A stretch of 64,000 nt of DNA from assembly GCA_963790305.1 (NCBI GenBank), contig CAWBOC010000009.1, forward strand, positions 864,001-928,000, in the 5' to 3' direction. A program made the translations under genes and the position numbers. The notes under the pieces are model-generated. The model had not been told where the DNA came from, ran no database searches, and worked only from the letters and a program-made list of their open reading frames with translations. Below, in pieces: positions 10,984 through 20,583 of the stretch (positions are counted from its first letter, which is position 1; each line of letters begins with the position of its first letter). This stretch comes from an uncultured Gemmatimonadaceae bacterium. GTDB taxonomy: Bacteria > Gemmatimonadota > Gemmatimonadetes > Gemmatimonadales > Gemmatimonadaceae.

Positions 10984-11702
10984 GAAATGACATGAATGAC
11001 GATCGCTATGACTTCGACGAGGGCGCCGGTCCCGACTTTGGACCGGACGCCGACGTCGTGCCTGACGAGGATCCGGCGTTCGATGCATGGATTCGGAAGA
11101 CGGCGCCGACGCTGAACGCGCCGAATGCCGCGCCGCGTCTCGAGATGTGGGCGGCGATTCAGGCGGCGCGCAGGACCGTCGCCACGCCCCCGCGTCGCAA
11201 GCCATGGTTTCTGATATCGGCGATCGCCGCCGCGCTGCTGCTCGGTGTCGCGATCGATCGCGTCGCGCTCCGAAGCGTCGATGCTCCAACCGCGCCGGTT
11301 GTCGCGGTTACCGAGACCCCTTCCGACCCCAGCGAACCCGCACGCCTCTACCGCATGGCAGCCGCGCAAACGCTGACGCAGGCCGAAGCGCTGCTCACGG
11401 CGTTTCGCACCAGTCCGCGAAGTCCCGTGGGCACCGAGCAGCTGGGAAGCTGGGGACGGCAAGTCCTCGGCAGCACGCGCCTTCTCATCGACTCACCCGC
11501 CGGCGAAGACCCGCAGCTCCGCGCATTACTCAACGATCTCGAGCTCGTGCTGGTGCAGATCATCCAGCTGTCCGGCGCCGAGCTCGACCCGACCGACCGC
11601 GCGCTCATCGAAGGCGCGCTCGAGCAGAGCGATCTACTTCCACGAATCCGCACCGCGGTTCCTGCCGGCGTCCCCGGCGCGGACGCTGTGTCAGGCGATT
11701 GA
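10980..11702 (+). CDS. Putative single-pass anti-sigma factor
   Basis: ATGA overlap with the sigma stop; acidic N-terminus, one TM (WFLISAIAAALLLGVAI), helical C-terminal domain. Confidence 0.7.
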   Translation: MRNDMNDDRYDFDEGAGPDFGPDADVVPDEDPAFDAWIRKTAPTLNAPNAAPRLEMWAAIQAARRTVATPPRRKPWFLISAIAAALLLGVAIDRVALRSVDAPTAPVVAVTETPSDPSEPARLYRMAAAQTLTQAEALLTAFRTSPRSPVGTEQLGSWGRQVLGSTRLLIDSPAGEDPQLRALLNDLELVLVQIIQLSGAELDPTDRALIEGALEQSDLLPRIRTAVPAGVPGADAVSGD

Positions 11703-11713
11703 GGACCTAACCA

Positions 11714-13105
11714 ATGATCACCAAACTTTTCGTCGGCGCGAGCGCTATCGCCCTGCTCGCCACCTTCCCGGGCGTGACCGATCAATCGATCGGGGGCGAC
11801 ACGCGCTTCGAGTCCCTCGTGGTTGCGCTGGAGCCCGGCTTCGCGCAGACGCCACCGGAGCCCTGGGCTGAGGCGGACCCAGCCGACTCGCTCTACCGTT
11901 TGGGTCGCGAAGCCATCAATCGGGGTGAGTTCCGCCGTGCTGCAAGGCTCTTCGCCGAGATCAGCGAGAAGCATCCACGTTCGGAGTACGCACCCGACGC
12001 ACCGTACTGGCGCGCCTTCGCGCTCTACCGCGTCGGGGACGAAGATAACTTGCGTGAAGCGCTCAAGATCCTGGACACGCAGCAAAGGCGCTTCCCGCGG
12101 GCGACGACGGTCGCGGACGGGAGGGAGCTCGCCATTCGCATCCGCGGCGTGCTCGCCAAGCAGGGCGATGTGGAATCGGCCGAGGCAGTGACGCGGGCCG
12201 CCGGACAGAACCGGCCGTGCACACGCGACGACGAGGACACCGAGATTCGCGCGGCAGCGATGAACGCCCTCCTCCAGATGGACGCGGAGAGCGCGCTCCC
12301 AATCATCAAGCAAGTGCTGCAGAAGCGCGACGAATGCTCGGTCTCGCTGCGCGAGAAGGCGGTGTTCCTCCTGTCGCAGAAGCAGTCATCCGAGACGGAG
12401 GAGCTGCTTCTCGACATCATACAGAACGATCCGAGCCGCTCCGTGCGCGCTCAGGCGGTGTTCTGGCTGGGCCAGGTCCGCACGGAGCGAGCGGCGGAGG
12501 CCCTCGAGCGAATCGCCACATCGTCCCCCGACATGGAGCTTCGCGAGAAGGCGATCCACTCGTTGCACGAGCATGGCTCCGCTCGCGCGGCGGCGGTGCT
12601 GCGACGCCTGGCCGAAAGCGCGCAGACGCCCGAGAACGTCCGCCAGCAGGCGATCTTCTGGCTTGGGCAGCGCCGCTCGCAGGAGAACGCGGACTTTTTG
12701 CGCTCGCTCTTCGGGAAGATAGACAACGACGACCTCGGCAAGAAGATCCTGTTCTCGCTGTCGCAGATGCGCGGCTTCGGGAACGACCGCTGGCTGCTCG
12801 AAATCGCTCTCGACGAAAAGAACAGCGCGGATCTGCGCGGACACGCGCTCTGGACCGCCGGCCAGGCCGGCATCGCGGGAAGCGAGCTCGTGACGGTCTA
12901 CGATCGGCTGTCGGACCCGGAGGTGAAGGAGAAGCTCATCTGGGTGATGTCGGAGTCGCGTGATCGCGCCGCGACGGACAAGCTCATCGAGATCGCGCAG
13001 AGGGACTCCGATCGCGAGATGCGCAAGAAGGCGTTGTTCTGGCTCGGCCAGAAGAACGACCCGCGCGTCAAGCAGATTCTCATCGACATTCTCAACCAGC
13101 CGTGA
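11714..13105 (+). CDS. Exported TPR + HEAT-repeat protein
   Basis: Signal peptide; TPR-like LYRLGREA...PDAPYWRAFALY; repeated R-x-x-A-[VIL]-FWLGQ units. Confidence 0.85.
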   Translation: MITKLFVGASAIALLATFPGVTDQSIGGDTRFESLVVALEPGFAQTPPEPWAEADPADSLYRLGREAINRGEFRRAARLFAEISEKHPRSEYAPDAPYWRAFALYRVGDEDNLREALKILDTQQRRFPRATTVADGRELAIRIRGVLAKQGDVESAEAVTRAAGQNRPCTRDDEDTEIRAAAMNALLQMDAESALPIIKQVLQKRDECSVSLREKAVFLLSQKQSSETEELLLDIIQNDPSRSVRAQAVFWLGQVRTERAAEALERIATSSPDMELREKAIHSLHEHGSARAAAVLRRLAESAQTPENVRQQAIFWLGQRRSQENADFLRSLFGKIDNDDLGKKILFSLSQMRGFGNDRWLLEIALDEKNSADLRGHALWTAGQAGIAGSELVTVYDRLSDPEVKEKLIWVMSESRDRAATDKLIEIAQRDSDREMRKKALFWLGQKNDPRVKQILIDILNQP

Positions 13106-14400
13106 TCGCCATGCGAACCTTCATCGCCCTCAGCGCCTTCAGCGCCTTTAGCGCGCTTAGCGCCCAGTCTCTCACGTCCCGCGTCGCCAACGCTCCCGAT
13201 GGCGTGGTGCGAATGCAGATCGAGCCCCGGGTGGGCGTGTGCGGCAACGGTCGTGACCTCGTCGGTTATAGGAGTGCGATCTTCGCTCGCAACTTCCAAT
13301 CGATTGGAGGACACTGGAACAGCAGCGACTGCGATCCCGGCCCCCTCCGGGTCACGCTCACCGTGTCGGACGGCCAGGTGACGCGGGTGCAAACCCAGGT
13401 CGGCGGCTCGTGGCCCGCCAGTGAGTCGCGCGCAACGGATCTCGGTGATGTGCCGCCCAACGAGGCGTCGTCGTACTTCTTCTCGCTCGTGCCGCGGCTG
13501 GAGTCAGCGTCAGGCAAGGATCGCCTGCTCCTCCCGGCGGTGCTCCCTAACGACGCACCGGTCATCCAGCCGCTGCTCGCGCTCGCACGGGATCCACAGC
13601 GCACGGAGCACACGCGTAGCCAGGCGATACTGTGGCTCGGGCAGCTCGGCGACGAGACGGTCATCCCCGCGCTCGTCCAGTTCGCGCGCGACGACGCGGA
13701 CGATGGAGGGAGCCGCAAGGGAAGAAAGAAAGGACTCGGCAGCGCGGCGATGGCGGCGCTCAACACGCTGGACGGCGACATCGGCGTTCCGGCGTTGATC
13801 GACCTCGCGCGCACCGGGAGTGTCGGCACGAGGCACGACGCGGCGTTTTGGCTCGGCCAGAATGGGAGCGAGAGCGCGCGCCGCACCCTGCACACGATGA
13901 TCGAGAACGCGAACGAGGCGAGCCGCGTGCGGTCGCATGCCATCTTCTCGCTGACGCATGGCGGTGACACGCCGGAGTCGGAGTTCGCGTATCTGCGGAA
14001 TCTCTACCCGCGTCTCGATGACCACGACGTGAAGGAAGCGATCATCCAGGGCATGCAGGAAGACGAAGGCGCGGGGGGACGCTGGCTGATCGAGCGCGCG
14101 CTGGACCCGCGGGAGCCATTCGAGCTGCGCAAGAAGGCGATCTTCTGGGCAGGCCAGCGCGACGAGACGCCCACCGCGGATCTCGTCCGCGTCTACCGCG
14201 ACGCTGATGAACAGGACCTGCGCGAGCACGCGATCTTCGTGCTTTCGCAGCGGGAGGACGAGGCCGCGATCGACGAGCTGATGCGCATCGCACGAAGCGA
14301 TTCCGACACGGAGCTGCGCGGCAAGGCGCTCTTCTGGCTGGCGCAGAAAGACGACCCTCGAATCAAGAAGCTGATCGCCGACCTCATCCTGAAGAGGTAG
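13102..14400 (+). CDS. Exported HEAT-repeat protein 2
   Basis: Signal peptide, Cys-pair N-domain, HEAT repeats; GTGA overlap with the upstream stop. Confidence 0.85.
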   Translation: MIAMRTFIALSAFSAFSALSAQSLTSRVANAPDGVVRMQIEPRVGVCGNGRDLVGYRSAIFARNFQSIGGHWNSSDCDPGPLRVTLTVSDGQVTRVQTQVGGSWPASESRATDLGDVPPNEASSYFFSLVPRLESASGKDRLLLPAVLPNDAPVIQPLLALARDPQRTEHTRSQAILWLGQLGDETVIPALVQFARDDADDGGSRKGRKKGLGSAAMAALNTLDGDIGVPALIDLARTGSVGTRHDAAFWLGQNGSESARRTLHTMIENANEASRVRSHAIFSLTHGGDTPESEFAYLRNLYPRLDDHDVKEAIIQGMQEDEGAGGRWLIERALDPREPFELRKKAIFWAGQRDETPTADLVRVYRDADEQDLREHAIFVLSQREDEAAIDELMRIARSDSDTELRGKALFWLAQKDDPRIKKLIADLILKR

Positions 14401-14403
14401 GGC

Positions 14404-15189
14404 ATGCATTCTCGAGCATTCGTGAGCGGCTTCGTCGCAATGGTCACGATCGTGACGCCGCTCCAGGCGCAGTCGCTCGCGTCTCGTGTCGCGGCCGCGG
14501 AAGACGGAGCTGTCACCTTTCATTATGCTCCGCGTCCCGGCATCTGCGGCGACGGCGAGTCTTTCGTCAGGACAGGGCGGTCGTCATATCACGGGTCGTT
14601 TTCGACCAACCGCAAGATGGAGCCGTGCATCTTCGGTCCCGTGCAGGTCCGTCTCAGGGTCAGCGACGGCGCCGTAGATCATGTGGAGACCTGGGTCGGT
14701 CCGCTGCGGTCTCGCAATGCCCACGACCTGGGCGAGGTCTCTGCGCCGGAGGCGGCGCGCTACCTGATGACGATTGCCGCCCAGGGGACGCGTGGGGCCA
14801 GCGCGAAGGCGATCTTCCCCGCGGTGCTCGCCGACAGCGTAACCATATGGCCAGCGCTCCTTGCCATCGCCCGGGACGGCGACAAACGCTCCAAGGGTAC
14901 TCGGCGTGACGCGATGTTCTGGCTCTCGCGCTTCGCCAGCGGCGCCGTCGTCGGGCAGCCCAACAACCCGTTCGCCGACGAGGAAGAGGAGAAGAGCGCC
15001 GACGACGAGCTCAAGAGCCACGCCGTCTTCGTGATGTCGCAGCTCCCGCGCGATGAAGGGATTCCGCAGCTGCTCGAGATCGCCCGCTCCAATCGGAACT
15101 GGCGGGTGCGCAGTCAGGCGTTCTTCTGGCTTGGGCAGAGCGGCGATCCGCGCGCCGTCGACCTCTTCGAATCCGTGCTCCGTCCCTGA
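14404..15189 (+). CDS. Exported HEAT-repeat protein 3 (short paralog)
   Basis: AQSLASRVAAAEDG N-domain paralogous to protein 2; ends FWLGQSGDPR. Confidence 0.85.
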   Translation: MHSRAFVSGFVAMVTIVTPLQAQSLASRVAAAEDGAVTFHYAPRPGICGDGESFVRTGRSSYHGSFSTNRKMEPCIFGPVQVRLRVSDGAVDHVETWVGPLRSRNAHDLGEVSAPEAARYLMTIAAQGTRGASAKAIFPAVLADSVTIWPALLAIARDGDKRSKGTRRDAMFWLSRFASGAVVGQPNNPFADEEEEKSADDELKSHAVFVMSQLPRDEGIPQLLEIARSNRNWRVRSQAFFWLGQSGDPRAVDLFESVLRP

Positions 15190-15225
15190 GCGAGGTCACG
15201 CCGTGATTCATCGGTATCACCGCCA

Positions 15226-16623
15226 TCAGTGATCGGCGGACTCGACTGGCGTGATGCCGTGATCGCGGACCGCCTCGAGCGTTGCACCGACCCCGTACGT
15301 CCCTAGCGCCACCGCGAGGGACGTAAGGAACGGCAACGGCAGCCCGGCCGCGAGCGCGCCGAGATAGGCGAGCATGCCCGCAGCCAGCGTCGCGATCGCG
15401 GTCCTTGGGCCACCAATGGACGTAAACAGGCCGAAGACGATCGTCACGAGCGCGCCGGCGCTGCCGAACGCGGAGGCCTGCTCGACGAGCGCGAACACGC
15501 CCTCCGCATGCAGGGCGAGGACGTAGGCGACAACGCCGAAGCCCATGACGCCGGCCCGCGCGATCAGGACCTTCCTTCGCTCACTCGTTATGCGCGCGAT
15601 CGGCACGATGAGGTTATGCGAGAGAAGCCCGGATGCGACGAGCAGCGTGCTGTCCACCGTCGAGAGAATTGCCGAGATCAGCGCCCCGGCAAATATCGCG
15701 TACCCCAGCGTCGGCAGGACCTCGCGAGCAACGACCGGCACGATCTGCTCCGCGTCCGCAACCCCAGGAACGACGCTGGCGCCGACGAGACCAATGAAGA
15801 GAGGAATAGACCCGAACAGCAGGTACAGAGCGGCGGCGGCGAGCGACGATCGCCGGGCGACCTGAGGGGAGGGCGTCGCGATCACGCGCGATACCAGCTC
15901 GGCGGCAACGACGGACCCGCACACGGGGATGGCCCAGGCCTCGATCGCCTGCAGTGCCGATCGACCGCCGGAAGAAATGCCCAGCTGATCGCGTGAGGCG
16001 AGCACGGTGACGGCGTCCGTGGGGCCGCCGAGGTGGATCACGACGCCCGCGAACAGGATGAGAAGTCCCACGGCGAGCACGCCGCCCTGAATCACATCGG
16101 TGATCGCATCCGCGAGCAGGCCCCCGAACGCGGTATAGAGAATCGTGAATCCCGCCGCGATGGCGATGGCGGCTTCGATCTGGAGCGGGGTTCCGGTGCT
16201 GAGCACGGAGCCGAACGCGCGGACCTGGGCAGCCGCCCAGAGCACCGAGCTCGGGATGAGAATCAGCGCCGCGCAGCGCTCGGTCGTCGCCGAGAAGCGA
16301 TCGCGAAACAGATCCGCGAGCGTGGTGAGACGGCGGCGCCACAAGGGAACCGCGAAGACCAGTCCCATGAGCACCAGACACAAGCCGTAACCGAACGGCT
16401 CCGCGGAGGTCAGCGAGAACCCCTCGCGCAGCGCGCGTCCACCGGAGCCGATGATGGTTTCGGCACCAAACCAGGTGGCGAAGATGGAGAAGGTGGCCAG
16501 CGTATAGCCGAGTCGCCGGCCGGCGACGAGATAGTCCTCCTCGGTTCTGATGCGCCGTGAGACCCAGAACCCGATCCCGAGCTGGACGGCGAGATACGCG
16601 AAGATGGCGAGGAGGGTCACCAT
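15226..16623 (-). CDS. Sodium:solute symporter family protein
   Basis: EDYLVAGRRLG, ATWFGAE, YTAFGGL...TDVIQ, SAILSTVDS; many TMs. Confidence 0.9.
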   Translation of the reverse strand: MVTLLAIFAYLAVQLGIGFWVSRRIRTEEDYLVAGRRLGYTLATFSIFATWFGAETIIGSGGRALREGFSLTSAEPFGYGLCLVLMGLVFAVPLWRRRLTTLADLFRDRFSATTERCAALILIPSSVLWAAAQVRAFGSVLSTGTPLQIEAAIAIAAGFTILYTAFGGLLADAITDVIQGGVLAVGLLILFAGVVIHLGGPTDAVTVLASRDQLGISSGGRSALQAIEAWAIPVCGSVVAAELVSRVIATPSPQVARRSSLAAAALYLLFGSIPLFIGLVGASVVPGVADAEQIVPVVAREVLPTLGYAIFAGALISAILSTVDSTLLVASGLLSHNLIVPIARITSERRKVLIARAGVMGFGVVAYVLALHAEGVFALVEQASAFGSAGALVTIVFGLFTSIGGPRTAIATLAAGMLAYLGALAAGLPLPFLTSLAVALGTYGVGATLEAVRDHGITPVESADH

Positions 16624-16688
16624 TCGAGAATTTTAGCTCCACCGGCGATATTCGTTAGCAGCTACTCACGTGCGCACCCGGAGGAACC

Positions 16689-17954
16689 GTGCGGAAGACG
16701 ATTCGCGTGCTCGGCGCAGCATGTGTCGCTGTACTCGTGGCGGCACCCGTCGCCACACCACAGGCGCGGCGCGCCGGCTCGAGTGCCGAGCGCCAGGCGA
16801 TCTACTACCCGGGCCCCGGCGAGGAATGGGAGCGTCGCGCGCCGGCGCAGGCGGGATTCGACGCGCGTCAGCTCGACGAAGCAATCGCATTTGCCAAGGC
16901 GAGCGAAGCGAAGCAGCCGCGCGATCTCGAGGCCGCGCACTACCAGAGCTTTGGCCGGGAGCCGTTCGGCGAGGGAATCGGCCCGTTCAAGACACGCGGC
17001 GACGCGAGCGGGGTCATCCTGCGGCACGGCTACATCGTGGCCGAGTGGGGCGATCCACACCGGGTCGACATGACCTTCAGCGTCACGAAGAGCTTTCTTT
17101 CGACCACCGTTGGCCTCGCGCTCGATCGAGGCCTCATTCGAAGCGTTCAGGACCGCGTGGCCGACTACATGGCGCCGGTCGCACTCGTTAGGGGTGGCGA
17201 CGAAGCGAGTCGCGTCTCGCCGACGAACGGCGAATCCGCTGTCCTGCCTTTCGAAACGCCCCACAATCGCAAGATCACCTGGGATCACCTGCTCAGGCAG
17301 ACGAGCGATTGGGAAGGCACGCTGTGGGGGAAGCCGGAGTGGGCGGACCGGCCAACCGGCGAGCCATCGGAGTGGCGTACGCGAGCACGGCTCGAGCCGG
17401 GGAGCGCGTACGAGTACAACGACGTGCGCGTCAACGTTCTCGCGCTCGCCGCGCTCAACGTCTGGCGTCGGCCGCTCCCGCAAGTGTTGAAGGAGCTGGT
17501 GATGGATCCGATTGGAGCGTCGCAGACCTGGCGATGGTATGGCTACGAGAATTCGTGGATTCTCATCGACGGCGTCGCAATGCAGTCGGTCAGCGGGGGC
17601 GGGCACTGGGGCGGCGGAATGTTCATCAGCGCGCGGGATCAGGCGCGCTTCGGCTATCTCACGCTCCGGCGGGGCAAGTGGAAAGACAAGCAGCTTCTGT
17701 CGGACACATGGGTGCGCATGGCGCTGACCCCGACGCCCGTCCAACCGACCTACGGGTTCATGAACTGGTTCGTGAACACCGATCGCAAGCTCCTACCGAG
17801 CGCGCCCGCGTCGGCCTTCGCGCACCTGGGCGCCGGTACCAACATGGTCTACGTCGACCCGGAGCATGATCTGGTGATCGTCGCGCGGTGGATCGAGCGC
17901 AACGCGATCGATGAGCTCGTCAGGCGCGTCCTTGGCGCCGTCAAGAGTCGCTGA
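16689..17954 (+). CDS. Exported serine hydrolase (beta-lactamase/class C fold)
   Basis: Signal peptide; SVTK (SxxK), HLLRQTS, YEYND, HLG. Confidence 0.9.
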   Translation: MRKTIRVLGAACVAVLVAAPVATPQARRAGSSAERQAIYYPGPGEEWERRAPAQAGFDARQLDEAIAFAKASEAKQPRDLEAAHYQSFGREPFGEGIGPFKTRGDASGVILRHGYIVAEWGDPHRVDMTFSVTKSFLSTTVGLALDRGLIRSVQDRVADYMAPVALVRGGDEASRVSPTNGESAVLPFETPHNRKITWDHLLRQTSDWEGTLWGKPEWADRPTGEPSEWRTRARLEPGSAYEYNDVRVNVLALAALNVWRRPLPQVLKELVMDPIGASQTWRWYGYENSWILIDGVAMQSVSGGGHWGGGMFISARDQARFGYLTLRRGKWKDKQLLSDTWVRMALTPTPVQPTYGFMNWFVNTDRKLLPSAPASAFAHLGAGTNMVYVDPEHDLVIVARWIERNAIDELVRRVLGAVKSR

Positions 17955-18843
17955 GGCTCGGTAGCCGCTTCTCGAACCAGTAATCGCCGTAGGGCTCGGC
18001 GTTGAAGGGCGGGACCTCGACGTACCCCGAACCACGGTACAGTTGGATGGCTTCCACGAGCCTCCGATTGGTCTCGAGCTGCACCTTCGTTAGGCCGAGC
18101 CGTCGGGCCTCGTCCTCGAGTGCGGCGAGCATTCGTCGGCCAAGTCCGAGACCGCGCGCAGAGCTGGCGACCCACATTCGCTTGATCCAGCCGGTTCCCG
18201 GCGAGGAAGTCTTCAGTGAACCGCAGGCAACCGCCTCTCCGTCGACGCTGGCCATGAGAAACGCCCCCCGGGGCGGACGCAGCTCGGCGTCGTCAGCGGG
18301 CAACGCCTTGGCGAGATCGTACCCCTCCTCGAAACGATCGGAGAGCTCGGCGAAATACTGTTTGACGCACCAGCGCGCCGACTCGTTGGCCGGATCCACT
18401 CTCTCGACCACGATGCCCGCCGCCTTGAGCAGGCAATGCACCTCGGCCATCGCGGCGACGAGGCGTTCTCGCTGGGAATCGGTGAGGGGAGCGAGGATGG
18501 CTTCTGCCGCGTCGTCCGACCGCCGATTCATCACCGCGAGCTCCGCCCGTCCGGCGCGCGTGAGCTCGGCGCGGCGAACGCGCTCGTCATCGGCCGCTGC
18601 TCGCAGCTTGACGAGACCCTGCGACTCGAGCGACTGGACGACGCGGCTCAAATACCCCGAGTCGAGGCCAAGTCGCGCGCGCAGTGCGCGAAGGTCCGCG
18701 CCGCCGGTGCTCCCGATCTCGTAGAGAACGCGGGACTCGCCGAGCGGGCGATCGCTCCCGAGGAAGTGATCATCGAGCGCGCCCGCCCGTTGAGTTACGA
18801 GGCGGTTGAAGCGGCGGACCTGTTGGACATGCTCGGTGTCCAT
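17941..18843 (-). CDS. MarR HTH - GNAT acetyltransferase fusion
   Basis: LGLDSGYLSR, DERVR; IKRMWV...RGLGLGRR...LETN...AIQLY. Confidence 0.9.
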   Translation of the reverse strand: MDTEHVQQVRRFNRLVTQRAGALDDHFLGSDRPLGESRVLYEIGSTGGADLRALRARLGLDSGYLSRVVQSLESQGLVKLRAAADDERVRRAELTRAGRAELAVMNRRSDDAAEAILAPLTDSQRERLVAAMAEVHCLLKAAGIVVERVDPANESARWCVKQYFAELSDRFEEGYDLAKALPADDAELRPPRGAFLMASVDGEAVACGSLKTSSPGTGWIKRMWVASSARGLGLGRRMLAALEDEARRLGLTKVQLETNRRLVEAIQLYRGSGYVEVPPFNAEPYGDYWFEKRLPSLSDS

Positions 18844-18845
18844 TA

Positions 18846-18879
18846 TCTGACTTTAGTCAGAGAACACCTCCGGCGTCAA
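18846..18879 (-). promoter_or_regulatory. Leaderless sigma70 promoter with MarR-type operator
   Basis: TTGACG-N18-TAAAGT, 6 nt before the ATG; palindrome TCTGACT-TT-AGTCAGA (18846-18861) over the -10. Confidence 0.65.
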
Positions 18880-18926
18880 GTCCGTGCGCAACGAGCTTGG
18901 TGAGTCTAATCGGCGCTCACGGACCC

Positions 18927-19316
18927 TCACGATGCGACGCTGACGGCGCTCACGTGGCCGGCCACGATTCGCCACCCCTCTGGCCGAGCGGACCAGATGC
19001 GCGTGTAGCGAAAGGGCCCGGTGAACGGCGCGCCTTTGAAGGTCCCGCTCATGTCCATCCGGACGATGACAATGGCGATGTCACCGAACCGCTGAATGCG
19101 CTCGTCGCTCGCCTCCAGCCGAGTGATTCGCACCGTTCCGTTCCGGTGAGCGTCGAGATCATCGGCCTTCGAGTACAAGGCGCCGTCCGGACCGGTGAAC
19201 ACGAGCTCATCGTCCAGGAGTCGCTCGAGCTCGGCAACGTCACTCGCGAGCTGGGCTCGCCGGAGCGCCGCCTCGCACGTGAGCAATGAATCGTCGGAGG
19301 TTTCAACGCGGCGCAT
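18927..19316 (-). CDS. DUF4440 / NTF2-like protein
   Basis: DVAELERLLDDELVFTGPDG, RYTRIW, WRIVAGH. Confidence 0.85.
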   Translation of the reverse strand: MRRVETSDDSLLTCEAALRRAQLASDVAELERLLDDELVFTGPDGALYSKADDLDAHRNGTVRITRLEASDERIQRFGDIAIVIVRMDMSGTFKGAPFTGPFRYTRIWSARPEGWRIVAGHVSAVSVAS

Positions 19317-19334
19317 AACGAATCAATGGTTGAA

Positions 19335-20570
19335 TCAGGTGGCGGCGCGCTCAGGCGACGCGCGGTACTGGCCTGGCAGCGGCTCGACGACGAAGAGAAA
19401 CGCGACGAATGGCAGCGCCACGACGGCAATGGCCACGACGCCAAGTCCCGCCAGCCCGTGCGTGGCGAACCAGACGCCCCCGCTCGTCGCTATCGCCGCA
19501 GCAGTGAGCTGCGTGATCAGGTCGGCCCGCCCAAGAATGCGAGCGCGCCGGCTCGGCACGGTGATGTCAGTGAGCAGCACTGACGCGCCAATGTAGCCAA
19601 AGCTCCAGCCGAGTCCCACGATCAGGAGGCCGGCGGCGAAGCCGGCCATGGTGGGAACGACCGTGACCACGGCGCCGCCTACGCCAAGCAGGACCAGCCC
19701 CACGAGGATCGTCAGGCGGCGCCCCCAGCGATCGGTGACATGACCGACGACGCGCGAAAGACCGTACATGCCAATGAAATGCAGCATCATGATCGACCCG
19801 AGCACACCGGCACCGTGGCCCGCGTGAACGACCGCGACGCCGGCGACTCCCATTACCGACGCCATCGCTGCGTGACTGGCGGCCAGCGCGATGACACCGA
19901 TGATGAGAAGTCGCCGTGACCTGACGCCGCCACTGTCGGGCAGCGCGCCCGGCGCATGGGGGTGCGCCCGCTCGATCTCTTTCGCGATGTCCATGGGCTC
20001 GGCCGCGCGTCGGAGCGTCAGGGCGCCGGCGATCAGCAGCGGTGGCGCGATCCACCAGACGATCCCCAGTGCGTTGCGTCCAATCGCGTGACCCAACGGC
20101 TCGGTGAGCATGAGGAGCAGCGGTCCCACGATCGCTCCGGCGATCGCGCTCGTCTGCAACCACGCGATGCCCTTGCCTCGCTCGGCGGGCGGAAACATCT
20201 CGGCCGCGGCGATACGTGTGAGCCCGCCGATTCCCATCGCCGCCGCGAACACCAGAATGCCGGCAATGAACAGCGCCAGTACGCCGAACGCGACGCCGAC
20301 GCCGGCGATCGTGTATCCCGCGGCGCCCAGCACATATCCCGCCATGAGCACCGGACGTCGCCCCCAGCGATCCATCGCGCGTCCGCCGACGGCGGCCCCC
20401 GCGGCGGCGCCGAGGTTGAGCAAAGCGACATAGAGACCCGCGAAGCGTGCCTCACCGCTCAACGCGACCAGCGCGGCCGAGCCTGGGCCAGCGGTCATCG
20501 ATGCCGCCGCGAACCCCATGGCAAAGGCTGCCGCGAGGACCACGAGGGTGCGACGGACGATCTCGTTCAT
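19335..20570 (-). CDS. MFS transporter
   Basis: GRAMDRWGRR and GHVTDRWGRR motif A copies; about 12 TMs. Confidence 0.9.
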   Translation of the reverse strand: MNEIVRRTLVVLAAAFAMGFAAASMTAGPGSAALVALSGEARFAGLYVALLNLGAAAGAAVGGRAMDRWGRRPVLMAGYVLGAAGYTIAGVGVAFGVLALFIAGILVFAAAMGIGGLTRIAAAEMFPPAERGKGIAWLQTSAIAGAIVGPLLLMLTEPLGHAIGRNALGIVWWIAPPLLIAGALTLRRAAEPMDIAKEIERAHPHAPGALPDSGGVRSRRLLIIGVIALAASHAAMASVMGVAGVAVVHAGHGAGVLGSIMMLHFIGMYGLSRVVGHVTDRWGRRLTILVGLVLLGVGGAVVTVVPTMAGFAAGLLIVGLGWSFGYIGASVLLTDITVPSRRARILGRADLITQLTAAAIATSGGVWFATHGLAGLGVVAIAVVALPFVAFLFVVEPLPGQYRASPERAAT

Positions 20571-20583
20571 GAATGGCGACGCG

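Noticed and set aside
16689..17954. Antibiotic-resistance beta-lactamase
   Set aside because: The fold is shared by many esterases and amidases; nothing here indicates beta-lactam specificity.
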